From a virus, in IMG/VR virus record IMGVR_UViG_3300001533_002283, positions 96,001 through 160,000 of that record: a DNA stretch of 64,000 nt, one strand, 5' to 3'. The translations under genes and the position numbers were made by a program. Each line of letters starts with the position of its first letter. The stretch's first letter is position 1. The notes below the pieces were generated by a model. That model did not search any database. It worked only from the letters and a program-made list of their open reading frames with translations, and was not told the DNA's origin. Below are positions 48,257-57,439 of the stretch, one piece after another.

Positions 48257-49372
48257 TTAACCCTGACGCGAACCAGAGATAAAGAAGTTGCGCTGTTGAT
48301 CGCCGGGGCCACCAACAGAGGAGGTGAAGGTCATATCGACAGTTTGAGCGGGGCCGATTGACGCACCGAAGTTTTGCGAATCAAGTTGCGCGCCCTTGAG
48401 AGAGTAAACAAGAAGATTGCTACCAGCGGAACCATCGCAAGTCTGAGTTTTGCAATAAACGTCGATGTTATAGCGACGGTCGTTACAGAACAGAGTGTTA
48501 ACACTACCAGAGTTAATCTCGTTTACAAAGGCGTTGATACCGAGGGAAACGTCAACGGGGAAAGTGATTTCGCGGGCATAAGCAAAACGATTACCGAGAC
48601 GATTAAGGGCTTCGCGACCAATAGGAACATTGATATTAAAACTCTGAATGTGTGCGCCACCAACGCCAGTGAGTTTTGCACCGATATTATCAACGGCGGT
48701 AAAATCAACGGTGATGTCACCCTGTTTGATTACGATGGGCTGATTAGCTGTGCCAGAAGTAGCGGTAGGAATAACATAATTCCGGCCGGTAATAGCGGTG
48801 CCATTAGTGGGATTAATAGCGGGAATGTTGTTACCAGAACCACCAATATCATACTTGGCGTTAATACCTTCAACGGTGACGTTAGAAGTAAGGAAACCGC
48901 CAACAGAACCTTCAACAGAGTAGGATGAGATGAAGCCGTTGCCAACCGCGCGAACGTCAACGACGCCGCCGAAAGGAGTTCCGACCGCATCTTCGCCCTC
49001 CGCAACCGTGGTCACGAAATAATTACGTTCGTCCGAAATATCGCGAAGGATGTTAGTGAGAGCACCGGAGGTGTTAGAACCGCTAGTAACAAAACCAAGT
49101 TTCTTTTCGTCCAGACCGTCCGTGGGGTAGTAAGAGAAGGAAAGATTAACGGTGGGGGAGTCGGTAATCTCACGAGAGATAGGGGCTAGTTGACCGAACT
49201 GGGAAACATTTTGACGGGGTAGTTCAAAACCGTCGTTGATAGACTGAACACGGGAAATACCCATGAGAAGATTCGCGCCAGAATTACCGGACGAAAGATG
49301 TTGGCCAGTGGCGTTAAAACCAGAGGGGCCGACATAGAGGAACTGCGAGCTATAAATGCGCCGATTGAACAT
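48257..49372 (-). CDS. Major tail tube protein
   Basis: RVQS...R.NV.QFGQL...PTV.LSFSY; REAL..LG....R...FP; codon bias like the capsid gene; gene position. Confidence 0.75.
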   Translation of the reverse strand: MFNRRIYSSQFLYVGPSGFNATGQHLSSGNSGANLLMGISRVQSINDGFELPRQNVSQFGQLAPISREITDSPTVNLSFSYYPTDGLDEKKLGFVTSGSNTSGALTNILRDISDERNYFVTTVAEGEDAVGTPFGGVVDVRAVGNGFISSYSVEGSVGGFLTSNVTVEGINAKYDIGGSGNNIPAINPTNGTAITGRNYVIPTATSGTANQPIVIKQGDITVDFTAVDNIGAKLTGVGGAHIQSFNINVPIGREALNRLGNRFAYAREITFPVDVSLGINAFVNEINSGSVNTLFCNDRRYNIDVYCKTQTCDGSAGSNLLVYSLKGAQLDSQNFGASIGPAQTVDMTFTSSVGGPGDQQRNFFISGSRQG

Positions 49373-49467
49373 GTGTATTTAGAAGTTAAGAGTTAAGGGA
49401 CTATTATCTTTGGAGGAATACAGTTTTTGTGCTTAAAAGTGAAAATAATTTAAAGAGCCTCCTCAAC

Positions 49468-50730
49468 TTAATTTACCTCATAGTTAAATCCACTGCCCGC
49501 GATAAGATTAACCGAAGCAAAATTACCCGAGATGGTGTAAGTGGGTTGATAGTCAAAGGTGACGCCATTGCCACTAAATGTTATCGGAGTTGTTTCGCTC
49601 GCTCCCACGTAATCCTTGATCATATAACCCCAACCTTGGCGGAAATTATCTTGATCGAATATCAACACTTTTCCATTGCCGCTACCAAGAGTCGCATAAT
49701 AAGCTATTTCATCCGGCGTATATAAACCACCTTGATTTGACTCAAATAATTGCTCTCCCAAAGAATTAACATTAACCGCCAAATAATAATCGTCGGCTTG
49801 AACAGTGTAAACGTCCGCGTTGATATACTTGATGTAATAATTGGGAGCGGGGGGAACAGGAGCCGGAATTGTCGTCGGTTTAATTCTAGGGAACCTTACC
49901 GTATTAACATCAAATTCTAAATAAGACACGTAATAATTATCGTTTTTATTCGCATCCTCCGAGGTTTTCGCTGTATAAACCCTGTCAATCCAAGGCATAG
50001 TCCCCGGAAAACCATAGCGGGAGATGATTCCATTGTAGTTATAATAACCGCTTTTTAAATCATTAAAGAAGTCCAAGGGAACTTCGGTAGAAGGCGCGAT
50101 TGGGAAAGGTAAGTGATTGGTATCGCGAAAAATAGACTGGAGACCATCTTGTTGCCATAAATCCTTAGAAATTGTAATCGCGCGAATTGTCGTCTCCGTC
50201 ATATCTTCCCCGCCGAACGCGAAACCTTTATTTTGGCTATTGGGTAGGTCCAGAATAACACACGGGGCTTTATAAAGTCTCGGGGCGATTCCCGTTGCGG
50301 GGTAACTCACGTTAGGATTACTACCTTTTGCGCTCTCAAATATAAATTGAGAAGAGTCACGGTTAGTAATATAAGTGTTAAACTCTTTTGTGGCGAAACT
50401 TCCGCTAAAACCCGCTGGATGATTTACGCCAGAGTCAAAAAAGATTCGGCCATTTTGATAATCAATTTTTAATCCGCTAGTTCCGCGAGGTATGAAAGTG
50501 TTGCTACCCACGGGATAAACCCCGCTGATGATATTGGCGTTTGGAATCGCGCTATCGTAAACAAATTGTTTGTAGGGACTTGTATAAACCGAGTAACCCG
50601 GCAAAGATTCGTCGTTTTGCGGGTAGAATACGCCGGTTTGATTTTCAAACGCCTCCCCATTAGCCAAAAGCTGATTCTCAAACCAGAGAGTGAATGACGT
50701 GAAGAGTTTATGATTAAATGTTTCTTTCAT
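49468..50730 (-). CDS. Putative tail terminator/neck protein with appended C-terminal domain
   Basis: Located just before the tail tube gene; P....P.VI......GFAFGG; Pro-rich linker before the extra domain. Confidence 0.6.
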   Translation of the reverse strand: MKETFNHKLFTSFTLWFENQLLANGEAFENQTGVFYPQNDESLPGYSVYTSPYKQFVYDSAIPNANIISGVYPVGSNTFIPRGTSGLKIDYQNGRIFFDSGVNHPAGFSGSFATKEFNTYITNRDSSQFIFESAKGSNPNVSYPATGIAPRLYKAPCVILDLPNSQNKGFAFGGEDMTETTIRAITISKDLWQQDGLQSIFRDTNHLPFPIAPSTEVPLDFFNDLKSGYYNYNGIISRYGFPGTMPWIDRVYTAKTSEDANKNDNYYVSYLEFDVNTVRFPRIKPTTIPAPVPPAPNYYIKYINADVYTVQADDYYLAVNVNSLGEQLFESNQGGLYTPDEIAYYATLGSGNGKVLIFDQDNFRQGWGYMIKDYVGASETTPITFSGNGVTFDYQPTYTISGNFASVNLIAGSGFNYEVN

Positions 50731-50733
50731 AGG

Positions 50734-51375
50734 TTATCCCCGAATTTTCCTCTTGAATATTTCGATGAACTCAAAGAGGTAATTTCCCTTGTAAGGTTTA
50801 AACTCCCCGCGACCAGTGTTGATTAATTTGCCGGTCTTATCTTTGGCTTCGATGCCGCCGCCGCTTAAACTGTAAGCTTTATCGCTAAAATCCCTAAATA
50901 AGAAGTTAGGAAGCCCCCTTAATCCATTTACCAATGCATCAATCCAGCCGCGTTGCGTTCCCCAAGGTAATTTACTTATATTATTTATTTCTTGAATTTG
51001 CGGTATTTGAACTTTACCGGTAATAACATACTCCCCGCGTTGATTAACTCCACCTTGGGTTAAACTCACTATTCTAACATTATCTTGTAAAATCTCTCTA
51101 ACTTCTTCTACGGGATTTCTATCGTCTTCAATACCGAAAAAAGCATAAAGATTTCCATTCGGGACTAGTCCATCTTGAAACTCTCCGCGTTCTGCTCTGT
51201 CCATATTAGAGGCGGATTCTAATGAAACGCTTGGAGGCGCACTTTCAAACGAGCGAATCAGTTGATTTTTCGCCACTTCTACTTCTCTCGTTATCATTTT
51301 TTGTAAACGCGGGGCCATTGAGCGATTTAGTCCTTCGCCCATTTCCCTTCTTAAATTTACAATATTGACTTGCAT
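50734..51375 (-). CDS. Putative neck/tail completion protein
   Basis: Position in the head-tail joining block. Confidence 0.5.
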   Translation of the reverse strand: MQVNIVNLRREMGEGLNRSMAPRLQKMITREVEVAKNQLIRSFESAPPSVSLESASNMDRAERGEFQDGLVPNGNLYAFFGIEDDRNPVEEVREILQDNVRIVSLTQGGVNQRGEYVITGKVQIPQIQEINNISKLPWGTQRGWIDALVNGLRGLPNFLFRDFSDKAYSLSGGGIEAKDKTGKLINTGRGEFKPYKGNYLFEFIEIFKRKIRG

Positions 51376-51836
51376 TAGTTAAGAGCCATTAAATAGTAAT
51401 CCCAAAATTGCGGGCCAACTACTCCGTGAGGGCGCGGGTCTGATTCAACCGAAAAAAGAGTTCCGTCAAATTCAATTCTTTCACATTTTTCTAAAATTGG
51501 CTTGACTGTTATATCTACTACCAGTTTCACCTTCCAATCTTTTCTCTTTAGCTGAATTTGGTCATCATTTTTTGCCCCGCCCGCACGAAGAAGCTGTTCA
51601 AGGGTAGATTCTTTGGGATAGTGGATTCTAGCTTGATAAACACCCTTGTTTATAACTTCTTCTGTTCTTGTTTGCGCCGGACCAGAACCATAAAGAAAGT
51701 TATGATTAGTATTAGTCGATACCACCGTTTTTTTTGCGGTCTGATAGATTACAATGTCGCGTGCAAAAGTATCGTGCAAATCCTGCATGGCAGATGCATA
51801 ATCGGTGCGCTCGGAAAGTGTTAAAAGGTCTGGCAT
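51375..51836 (-). CDS. Putative head closure (stopper) protein
   Basis: Beta-barrel-like ARI.Y...RIEFDG..F.V...P..G pattern and gene position. Confidence 0.55.
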   Translation of the reverse strand: MPDLLTLSERTDYASAMQDLHDTFARDIVIYQTAKKTVVSTNTNHNFLYGSGPAQTRTEEVINKGVYQARIHYPKESTLEQLLRAGGAKNDDQIQLKRKDWKVKLVVDITVKPILEKCERIEFDGTLFSVESDPRPHGVVGPQFWDYYLMALN

Positions 51837-51846
51837 CTTCTACAAA

Positions 51847-52359
51847 TTAGAGTCTGCTACGGTTAAATCCACCATCATAAAAATCAGTGTTAGAATAAGG
51901 GTTAATCTCGTTATTGTTACCCATATTAACAAACCCAGCGGCGGCATTATTCTGTTGATAAGAAAACACCATGTCTTTCAAATTATCATAAGATTCTTTT
52001 CTGAGTGACACGAAAGTTTTCGCCACCTCGTTTTTGTTATGACGCTTAATAGTGCTCACATCGTCTTTCAACTCTAACCAAGAATCAGTCAACGCGGCGT
52101 TAGTGGCAGAACTAACTCTACCATCGTAATAAGAAATTTTATACAACTCGCGATAAATCGCAGACTCCGCACTGCCAATTTCTGGACTCAAACAACCACT
52201 CACTCCACTATAACAAGTGTTCAGGGTGTTATTCAACTTGCCGATTCCCGCGTTGGAGGTGAACCAGCCGGAGATATAACCGATGGAAGGGGCAGAGGGT
52301 GAGCCTAATTCCTCCCATGTTCCGCTAGCTAGAATGAGAATATTTTCTTGGCAGGTCAT
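51847..52359 (-). CDS. Putative head-tail adaptor
   Basis: Helical, located after the capsid block; likely start at MTCQEN. Confidence 0.5.
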   Translation of the reverse strand: MTCQENILILASGTWEELGSPSAPSIGYISGWFTSNAGIGKLNNTLNTCYSGVSGCLSPEIGSAESAIYRELYKISYYDGRVSSATNAALTDSWLELKDDVSTIKRHNKNEVAKTFVSLRKESYDNLKDMVFSYQQNNAAAGFVNMGNNNEINPYSNTDFYDGGFNRSRL

Positions 52360-52425
52360 AAAAAAGAGAAAAACTATACCTTTTAAGATACAGTTTTTTC
52401 CCCCCAATCTGAATTGTTTATCGTG

Positions 52426-52803
52426 TTATTTACCGCGCGACATAATATTTTGAACGGTGCGCAGCGATTCTTTATCTTTGTGAAGATTTTGAAACCCCTC
52501 TTGTTTCGCGGCAGTGATGTTATACCCGCTAGTTTGAACGCAAAATTCACGAAGTAGTCGCTCTAAGAGTTGAGAGCGATTATCAATAGGGAGGATGCCA
52601 CACTCATAAGCGTGGGTTTGCAACTCGGAATTTGATAGAGATTTGATATAAGCAACATATTCATCTCTATCACTGGTTTTATACTTGTGGGTTTTCTTGC
52701 CCAAAATATCATAAATGTTGCGGGGTTGCTTAGTGGCAACAGTTACATCTTCGCCATCGGCGGCTTGCATATTTTCTAGCGTTACTTTTTTAGGACGGGT
52801 CAT
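52426..52803 (-). CDS. Hypothetical protein (SAP/Rho-N-like helix pair)
   Basis: LSNSELQTHAYECGI...RSQLLERL; likely start at MTRPKK. Confidence 0.55.
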   Translation of the reverse strand: MTRPKKVTLENMQAADGEDVTVATKQPRNIYDILGKKTHKYKTSDRDEYVAYIKSLSNSELQTHAYECGILPIDNRSQLLERLLREFCVQTSGYNITAAKQEGFQNLHKDKESLRTVQNIMSRGK

Positions 52804-52925
52804 GTTTGTAGTGGGTTTAATTGTTAGTTTGTGTGGGGCTATCCCCCGGTGTCTCAAGCGGACATACAGAAAAAAAAACCGGATGTGAAAAGTGAAGTGA
52901 AAATAGTTTTAGAATTTTGGAGAAT

Positions 52926-52960
52926 AAAAAAACCGCCCGAATGAACGAGCGGCTTTTTAA
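52926..52960 (-). terminator. Intrinsic terminator after the major capsid gene
   Basis: aaaaaaccgc...gcggcttttt hairpin with a tract on both sides. Confidence 0.7.
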
Positions 52961-53003
52961 GAACGAATTAGGGTTAGCTAACTCGTTGGGTTTCAAGGGT
53001 TTA

Positions 53004-54122
53004 TCAAAGAATAAGGCCGCTAATGCTGCGTGAGTCAACCACTGCGTAGCCTTCTTCAAGACCACCAGAGAAACCAATCTTGCCCTGACGACGAACATAC
53101 TGGTCATCGGGGACAACAACAACCTGACTGGATTTGTCGCCATTGGTAGCGACAGGACGCCAGAGGCCGTCAGTATTGGCGTTAACACCAATAAGGATTT
53201 CCTCGTTGGCGGCGTTGAACACGGAGGTGCCGGAACCAGAGTGGTCAGGATACTGGATGGTACCAGCAGCCGCGCCGAACAGAGTGTTATAAGCATAACC
53301 AACACCAAGTTCATTCATCTGATGGATTGACACGTCATAGAAGCTGAGAGCACCAGCGGACTTGTAAATCTCTTCGCGGAGTTTTTCGTGAGCGGGAATG
53401 TTGGTGACGGTGCCAACGGTGTTGACGGGGTTGAAACTGAGACCGCGCAGCTTGCGAAGAACCTCCGGGGAAACCATGAGGTCAGTGAGGGACTGAGCAC
53501 CAAAGACGGGGGTGCCACCGTTCCACGCGGCAAGAATACGGGCATTAAGTTCGAACATACCGAGGAAGTCATCAAGAACGATAGTGTTCGCGGTAGCGGT
53601 GCGCTTAACGTGTTTCTTGGCAACTCCACCGTTAGTGGTTTCGGCCTGAGCAAGGGCAGAGAGAAGAACGAACGCGGCGTTAGTATCACGCTTGATAAGG
53701 AACTCTTGAGCCATGCGGTTCAGGGTCTTGGCAACAATGTCCACGTTACCCTGAGCGGCGAATTTCTTAAGGAAAGAAACGGCAGACTCAAGTTCATAAG
53801 TGGAGAATTTTAGTTCATTGATACCGTGAACTTCGCTGGAGGGAAGACCACCGGCCATTGACTGTTGCCAGACGCGAACATACTCGGTTTCCTTCACATC
53901 ATAGAACAAGTCTAGGGGGAGGGAAGGATTAGAATATTTATCGAAAGCATAATCTTTGAAAAGATTGCTGATAGTAGGAGCCTTGTTGATAACAGTCTGG
54001 ATGGTAGGACCGGCAACGGCGGCAAGAGCCTCTTGGGCCTGCATCGCCTTTACAGAATCGGTAGAAGCCATTGCTTTGACAAGTTCAACCTGCTCGGGGG
54101 TTTTTTCTAGGAAAATAGACAT
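53004..54122 (-). CDS. Major capsid protein
   Basis: 372 aa following the scaffold and cement genes; HK97-like layout; strongest codon bias in the window; followed by a terminator. Confidence 0.8.
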   Translation of the reverse strand: MSIFLEKTPEQVELVKAMASTDSVKAMQAQEALAAVAGPTIQTVINKAPTISNLFKDYAFDKYSNPSLPLDLFYDVKETEYVRVWQQSMAGGLPSSEVHGINELKFSTYELESAVSFLKKFAAQGNVDIVAKTLNRMAQEFLIKRDTNAAFVLLSALAQAETTNGGVAKKHVKRTATANTIVLDDFLGMFELNARILAAWNGGTPVFGAQSLTDLMVSPEVLRKLRGLSFNPVNTVGTVTNIPAHEKLREEIYKSAGALSFYDVSIHQMNELGVGYAYNTLFGAAAGTIQYPDHSGSGTSVFNAANEEILIGVNANTDGLWRPVATNGDKSSQVVVVPDDQYVRRQGKIGFSGGLEEGYAVVDSRSISGLIL

Positions 54123-54162
54123 TTTATTTTATAATTTAATTGTTAAAAAGTTAAACTTGGTA

Positions 54163-54747
54163 TTAGAGGTCGAGGAGGAACAGGGCGTTGCCACCAAACT
54201 TGGCGGAATTGGCGCTAATGAACTTACCGACAATCTGATCAGAGGTGTAGCCAGCACCGGTAACGGCGGAAGGGGCGAGGGCTTGAATGCGGCCACTACC
54301 AGAGTGAGAAATCACGCCAACGGAACCAATCGCGGGGGTGCCGAGGTAAGCGCCAGACTTGAGGAGGAGCATACCGCGTTTAGCAACGGGAACATTTTGA
54401 CCAGAGATAACGCAGTTAAGTTTGGTCGCAAGTTCAGGATGGAACAGGAGAGATTCGCCGTTCTCGTCAACTTCGCGAGTGTCTTTGAGCATAACGCCGA
54501 GGACGCTATACTTAGTATCACCAGAAGCGGAGAGGGCGATCTTGGCCTTGCTCTCGTAACGATTAGAGAAAGTGTTGCCATATGTAGCCCCAACGCCGAT
54601 AGACGAATAACCGTCAGCATTGTCGAGGTCGAAAGCGGTGGGTTTTACGAACAGACCGGCTTCACCGGTAGTATTGAGCGCGAAAAGGTTGATTTCCTCG
54701 TGGGGACCAACGTCGCGGAAAGGGAGTAACTTGTTTTGGATTGTCAT
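54163..54747 (-). CDS. Capsid cement/decoration protein
   Basis: Directly upstream of the capsid gene; LGV.L...SGQ.VPV..RG...VGKF beta-tulip-like pattern; same codon bias. Confidence 0.7.
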   Translation of the reverse strand: MTIQNKLLPFRDVGPHEEINLFALNTTGEAGLFVKPTAFDLDNADGYSSIGVGATYGNTFSNRYESKAKIALSASGDTKYSVLGVMLKDTREVDENGESLLFHPELATKLNCVISGQNVPVAKRGMLLLKSGAYLGTPAIGSVGVISHSGSGRIQALAPSAVTGAGYTSDQIVGKFISANSAKFGGNALFLLDL

Positions 54748-54876
54748 GTTATTAGTTTTTTACAGTTAAACTTTTGTTTACAAAACCTGTTACAAGGATT
54801 TATGTGATTTGTGAAATAAGATTTTAATTATTTTTCACTTTTTTCTTGACAAGTGGTTTTAAGCTATTCGCACAAT

Positions 54877-54906
54877 AAAAAAGAGGCACCGATTAAAGTG
54901 CCCCTA
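54877..54906 (-). terminator. Probable terminator after the protease/scaffold gene
   Basis: aaaaagaggcac...gtgcccct hairpin. Confidence 0.55.
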
Positions 54907-54933
54907 GTTTAACATGATTTAAGACTAACTTTA

Positions 54934-57012
54934 TTATTTTTTCGCTCCGCGAACTTTAACTCCGCTAGAGAAAACACCCTTCATCTGTTCAAGAACGGCG
55001 GTAACGGGCTCAAGACCGGGGGTAAGAATGGTAGTGGCGGTGGCTTTGGCAGACGCAAGAGCTTCCTCAACAACCTCTTCTTTAGATTTTTCAACAGAGG
55101 CGACGGCCACTTCTGCTTTAGCTTTTTCAGCTTCGGCCTTAGCCTGTTTAAACGCCTTGGTCTTTTCCTTACACATTACAGCAACCTCTTTCTTGTAACC
55201 GGCATAAGCTTCGTCGTCCATGTCTTTAATCTTACCTGCAACAACTTTGCGCTCGTCATCATCAAACTCATACTCCGCGTCCATCTCGCACATACGCTCA
55301 TTATATTTCTCGGCGGCGGCGCGCTGCATTTCGGCGGCTTTAATCTGTTCCATTTGGGCCTTCATTTGTTCAACAGCAGCTTTGGCTTCGGCGGCGCATT
55401 TTTGAGCTTCGGCAACGGCAGCTTCGGCAGCTTCCGCCTTGGCTTTCTCAGCCTTAATCTTTTCACACCACTCTTCGGAAGCTTTCATAACTTCTTCTGC
55501 AATTGCTTTTTTAACAACGTCGATACCCGCTTGGGCTTCGAGTTTGGAAATAGCCTCCCAATTGGCGGCGAGGTCGGCGGATGATTTGATGTTGTCCATA
55601 GTGGTTTTAAATAAATTAGGGTTAATTATAAGGGGTGTTACAGAATTTTTGGTATCTTGTGAAGAAATTTTTTCTACCAGATTTTTGATAGATTGAATTG
55701 GGGAAACATTTTCAGTGAAATAAGCATGAGATATTTCCACCTTGTTAAGTTCGCTTCCATCCTCTAGGGTAACATCGCAAAGGTAGCTCTTGTTAAAGTC
55801 TAAACCAGCCAATGATTCCGCCACTTCTTTACTAACTTCTGTGCAAGAAAAATCTTTTACAAGTTCTAACAGTGATTTGATATCAGTGGAGAATTTAACC
55901 ACAGAAATTTTTTCACCCGTTTCTTTTGCCGCTAACCATTGATGATGCCCATCTAAAATATAATCATCGGAGGAAACTAACACCGAACGATTTCCGCCAG
56001 TGTATTCTTTAGCATTTTTAACTTTCTCGGGCGAATATTCCGCTTGGGTGGGTTTTAAAGTGGTTGAATCAACCTCGTTTTTAACATACTCCACATCTTT
56101 CCCTTTTAAATATTGAATCAACGCCCCTCTATATACCGATTTAATTTGCGGCATTTCGTTGCGGGGGACGCCTAAAGTTCCTGAGTCTTCACCAAATTTT
56201 TCCCAGTCTGAACCGGCTCTTGCAGATTCGCCCTCATTTTTAATATTGAGGCTACCCGTGTCAATTACTTCAATGCCTTTTACAGCGGCGGCGGGGTTAA
56301 TCACAAAAGAATACCCACCGATGATAACATTCGGGTTTTCGGGGCCATTAGTGTTTTTTACAACGCGATAAACATAACCCTCATCACATTTCCCATTTCC
56401 ACCAAATTTTTTCAAATAAGGTTTATACTTTTCTTTCTCTCTCTCGTCCGAAACTAAACGAGCCTCTTTTATCACCTTACTGCCTACAGCAATATCAAAG
56501 TTATTAAAAAAGATTTCCCAAGAGAGTGAGACGCGATGGAAGTTTATACTAGAGGGATCACTAGATTCTACCAACAACTTTACCAAATCTTTATTAACCG
56601 CGCGCCAAACCCCGCCCGCAACGGCAAGGTTGAATACTGATTCTTTGGATGCTTCCTCGTCATTTAACAACACTGACTCACCGAACTTACTAGCGCCTGA
56701 TTGAAGAACGAACCCTACAACCTTATCCTTCTTATGGTCAACGTTGAAATATTTATTCTTTGTTAGTTTTAATACTTCTAGTGCGGTTTCAACAGTTATA
56801 GCATCACCATTTGCGTTACACATCCCGGCGACCGCACCGTTCGCGGCGAGATATAAAATATCAGGGGAGGTTTCGGGGGTTATATCAGGGGGCAATAAAC
56901 CTTTAAGATTGTTTAAACTCGCTTTGGCAAAATACTGATCTTCATCTTCCGGCAAAATAATAGAAGCCGAGGAGAAAAACTCGGAGGAGTAAAGAAAATC
57001 TTCGGGCTGCAT
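54934..57012 (-). CDS. Prohead protease plus scaffold fusion with an inserted ParB/Srx-like domain
   Basis: NANGD, FNVDH...VVG, VSLSWE and V.NPAA (protease); coiled-coil C-terminus; internal LKPTQ...VSSDDYILDGHHQW. Confidence 0.75.
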   Translation of the reverse strand: MQPEDFLYSSEFFSSASIILPEDEDQYFAKASLNNLKGLLPPDITPETSPDILYLAANGAVAGMCNANGDAITVETALEVLKLTKNKYFNVDHKKDKVVGFVLQSGASKFGESVLLNDEEASKESVFNLAVAGGVWRAVNKDLVKLLVESSDPSSINFHRVSLSWEIFFNNFDIAVGSKVIKEARLVSDEREKEKYKPYLKKFGGNGKCDEGYVYRVVKNTNGPENPNVIIGGYSFVINPAAAVKGIEVIDTGSLNIKNEGESARAGSDWEKFGEDSGTLGVPRNEMPQIKSVYRGALIQYLKGKDVEYVKNEVDSTTLKPTQAEYSPEKVKNAKEYTGGNRSVLVSSDDYILDGHHQWLAAKETGEKISVVKFSTDIKSLLELVKDFSCTEVSKEVAESLAGLDFNKSYLCDVTLEDGSELNKVEISHAYFTENVSPIQSIKNLVEKISSQDTKNSVTPLIINPNLFKTTMDNIKSSADLAANWEAISKLEAQAGIDVVKKAIAEEVMKASEEWCEKIKAEKAKAEAAEAAVAEAQKCAAEAKAAVEQMKAQMEQIKAAEMQRAAAEKYNERMCEMDAEYEFDDDERKVVAGKIKDMDDEAYAGYKKEVAVMCKEKTKAFKQAKAEAEKAKAEVAVASVEKSKEEVVEEALASAKATATTILTPGLEPVTAVLEQMKGVFSSGVKVRGAKK

Positions 57013-57066
57013 TAGGAAGTTTACAGAATTTTGGGATAAAATTGAAACGGGTATTACAATGGACTT

Positions 57067-57342
57067 TTATAAAACTTCCGCCTGCCCCGATTTAACCAAC
57101 TCCTTTAATCTATTGCCATGAGTTTTAGCTTCTGCGAAACCACCATCCGTAAAAGCCAACCAAATGGTGTTACCATTCTTGTTTACCACTTCTACCATTT
57201 CTTTCTCCACGTCGGTCCATCGGTGGGCATTCTTCACCCTCACAAGCTTAATCACTCCAATATCTCGCCTCTTCCAAAATTTATAACATAGAAAGAGTCC
57301 AATCAGAGTGTTTAACACTAGGGCGATTTCGGCGGCGTTCAT
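57067..57342 (-). CDS. Hypothetical membrane-anchored protein
   Basis: The start MNAAEIALV overlaps the upstream stop (ATGA); N-terminal transmembrane helix. Confidence 0.55.
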   Translation of the reverse strand: MNAAEIALVLNTLIGLFLCYKFWKRRDIGVIKLVRVKNAHRWTDVEKEMVEVVNKNGNTIWLAFTDGGFAEAKTHGNRLKELVKSGQAEVL

Positions 57343-57437
57343 TTGAGCAGGAGGGCGAGGATTTGAACGGCGATCACCACGACGAGAAACGCGGCAATCG
57401 CTCGCCATTGGTCGCGGATTTCGTGGAGGAGGCGCAT
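57339..57437 (-). CDS. 32-aa membrane peptide
   Basis: MRLLHEIRDQWRAIAAFLVVVIAVQILALLLK; closely coupled to the genes on both sides. Confidence 0.5.
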   Translation of the reverse strand: MRLLHEIRDQWRAIAAFLVVVIAVQILALLLK

Positions 57438-57439
57438 GG

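Noticed and set aside
20323-50730. Diversity-generating retroelement TR/VR pair suggested by the duplicated C-terminal domain
   Set aside because: The differences are mostly synonymous and not adenine-specific, both copies are coding, and there is no reverse transcriptase in the window.
52817-54729. Long alternative-frame and antisense ORFs over the capsid and cement genes (also 48374-49005 over the tail tube)
   Set aside because: They are by-products of strong codon bias in highly expressed genes and carry no recognisable motifs.
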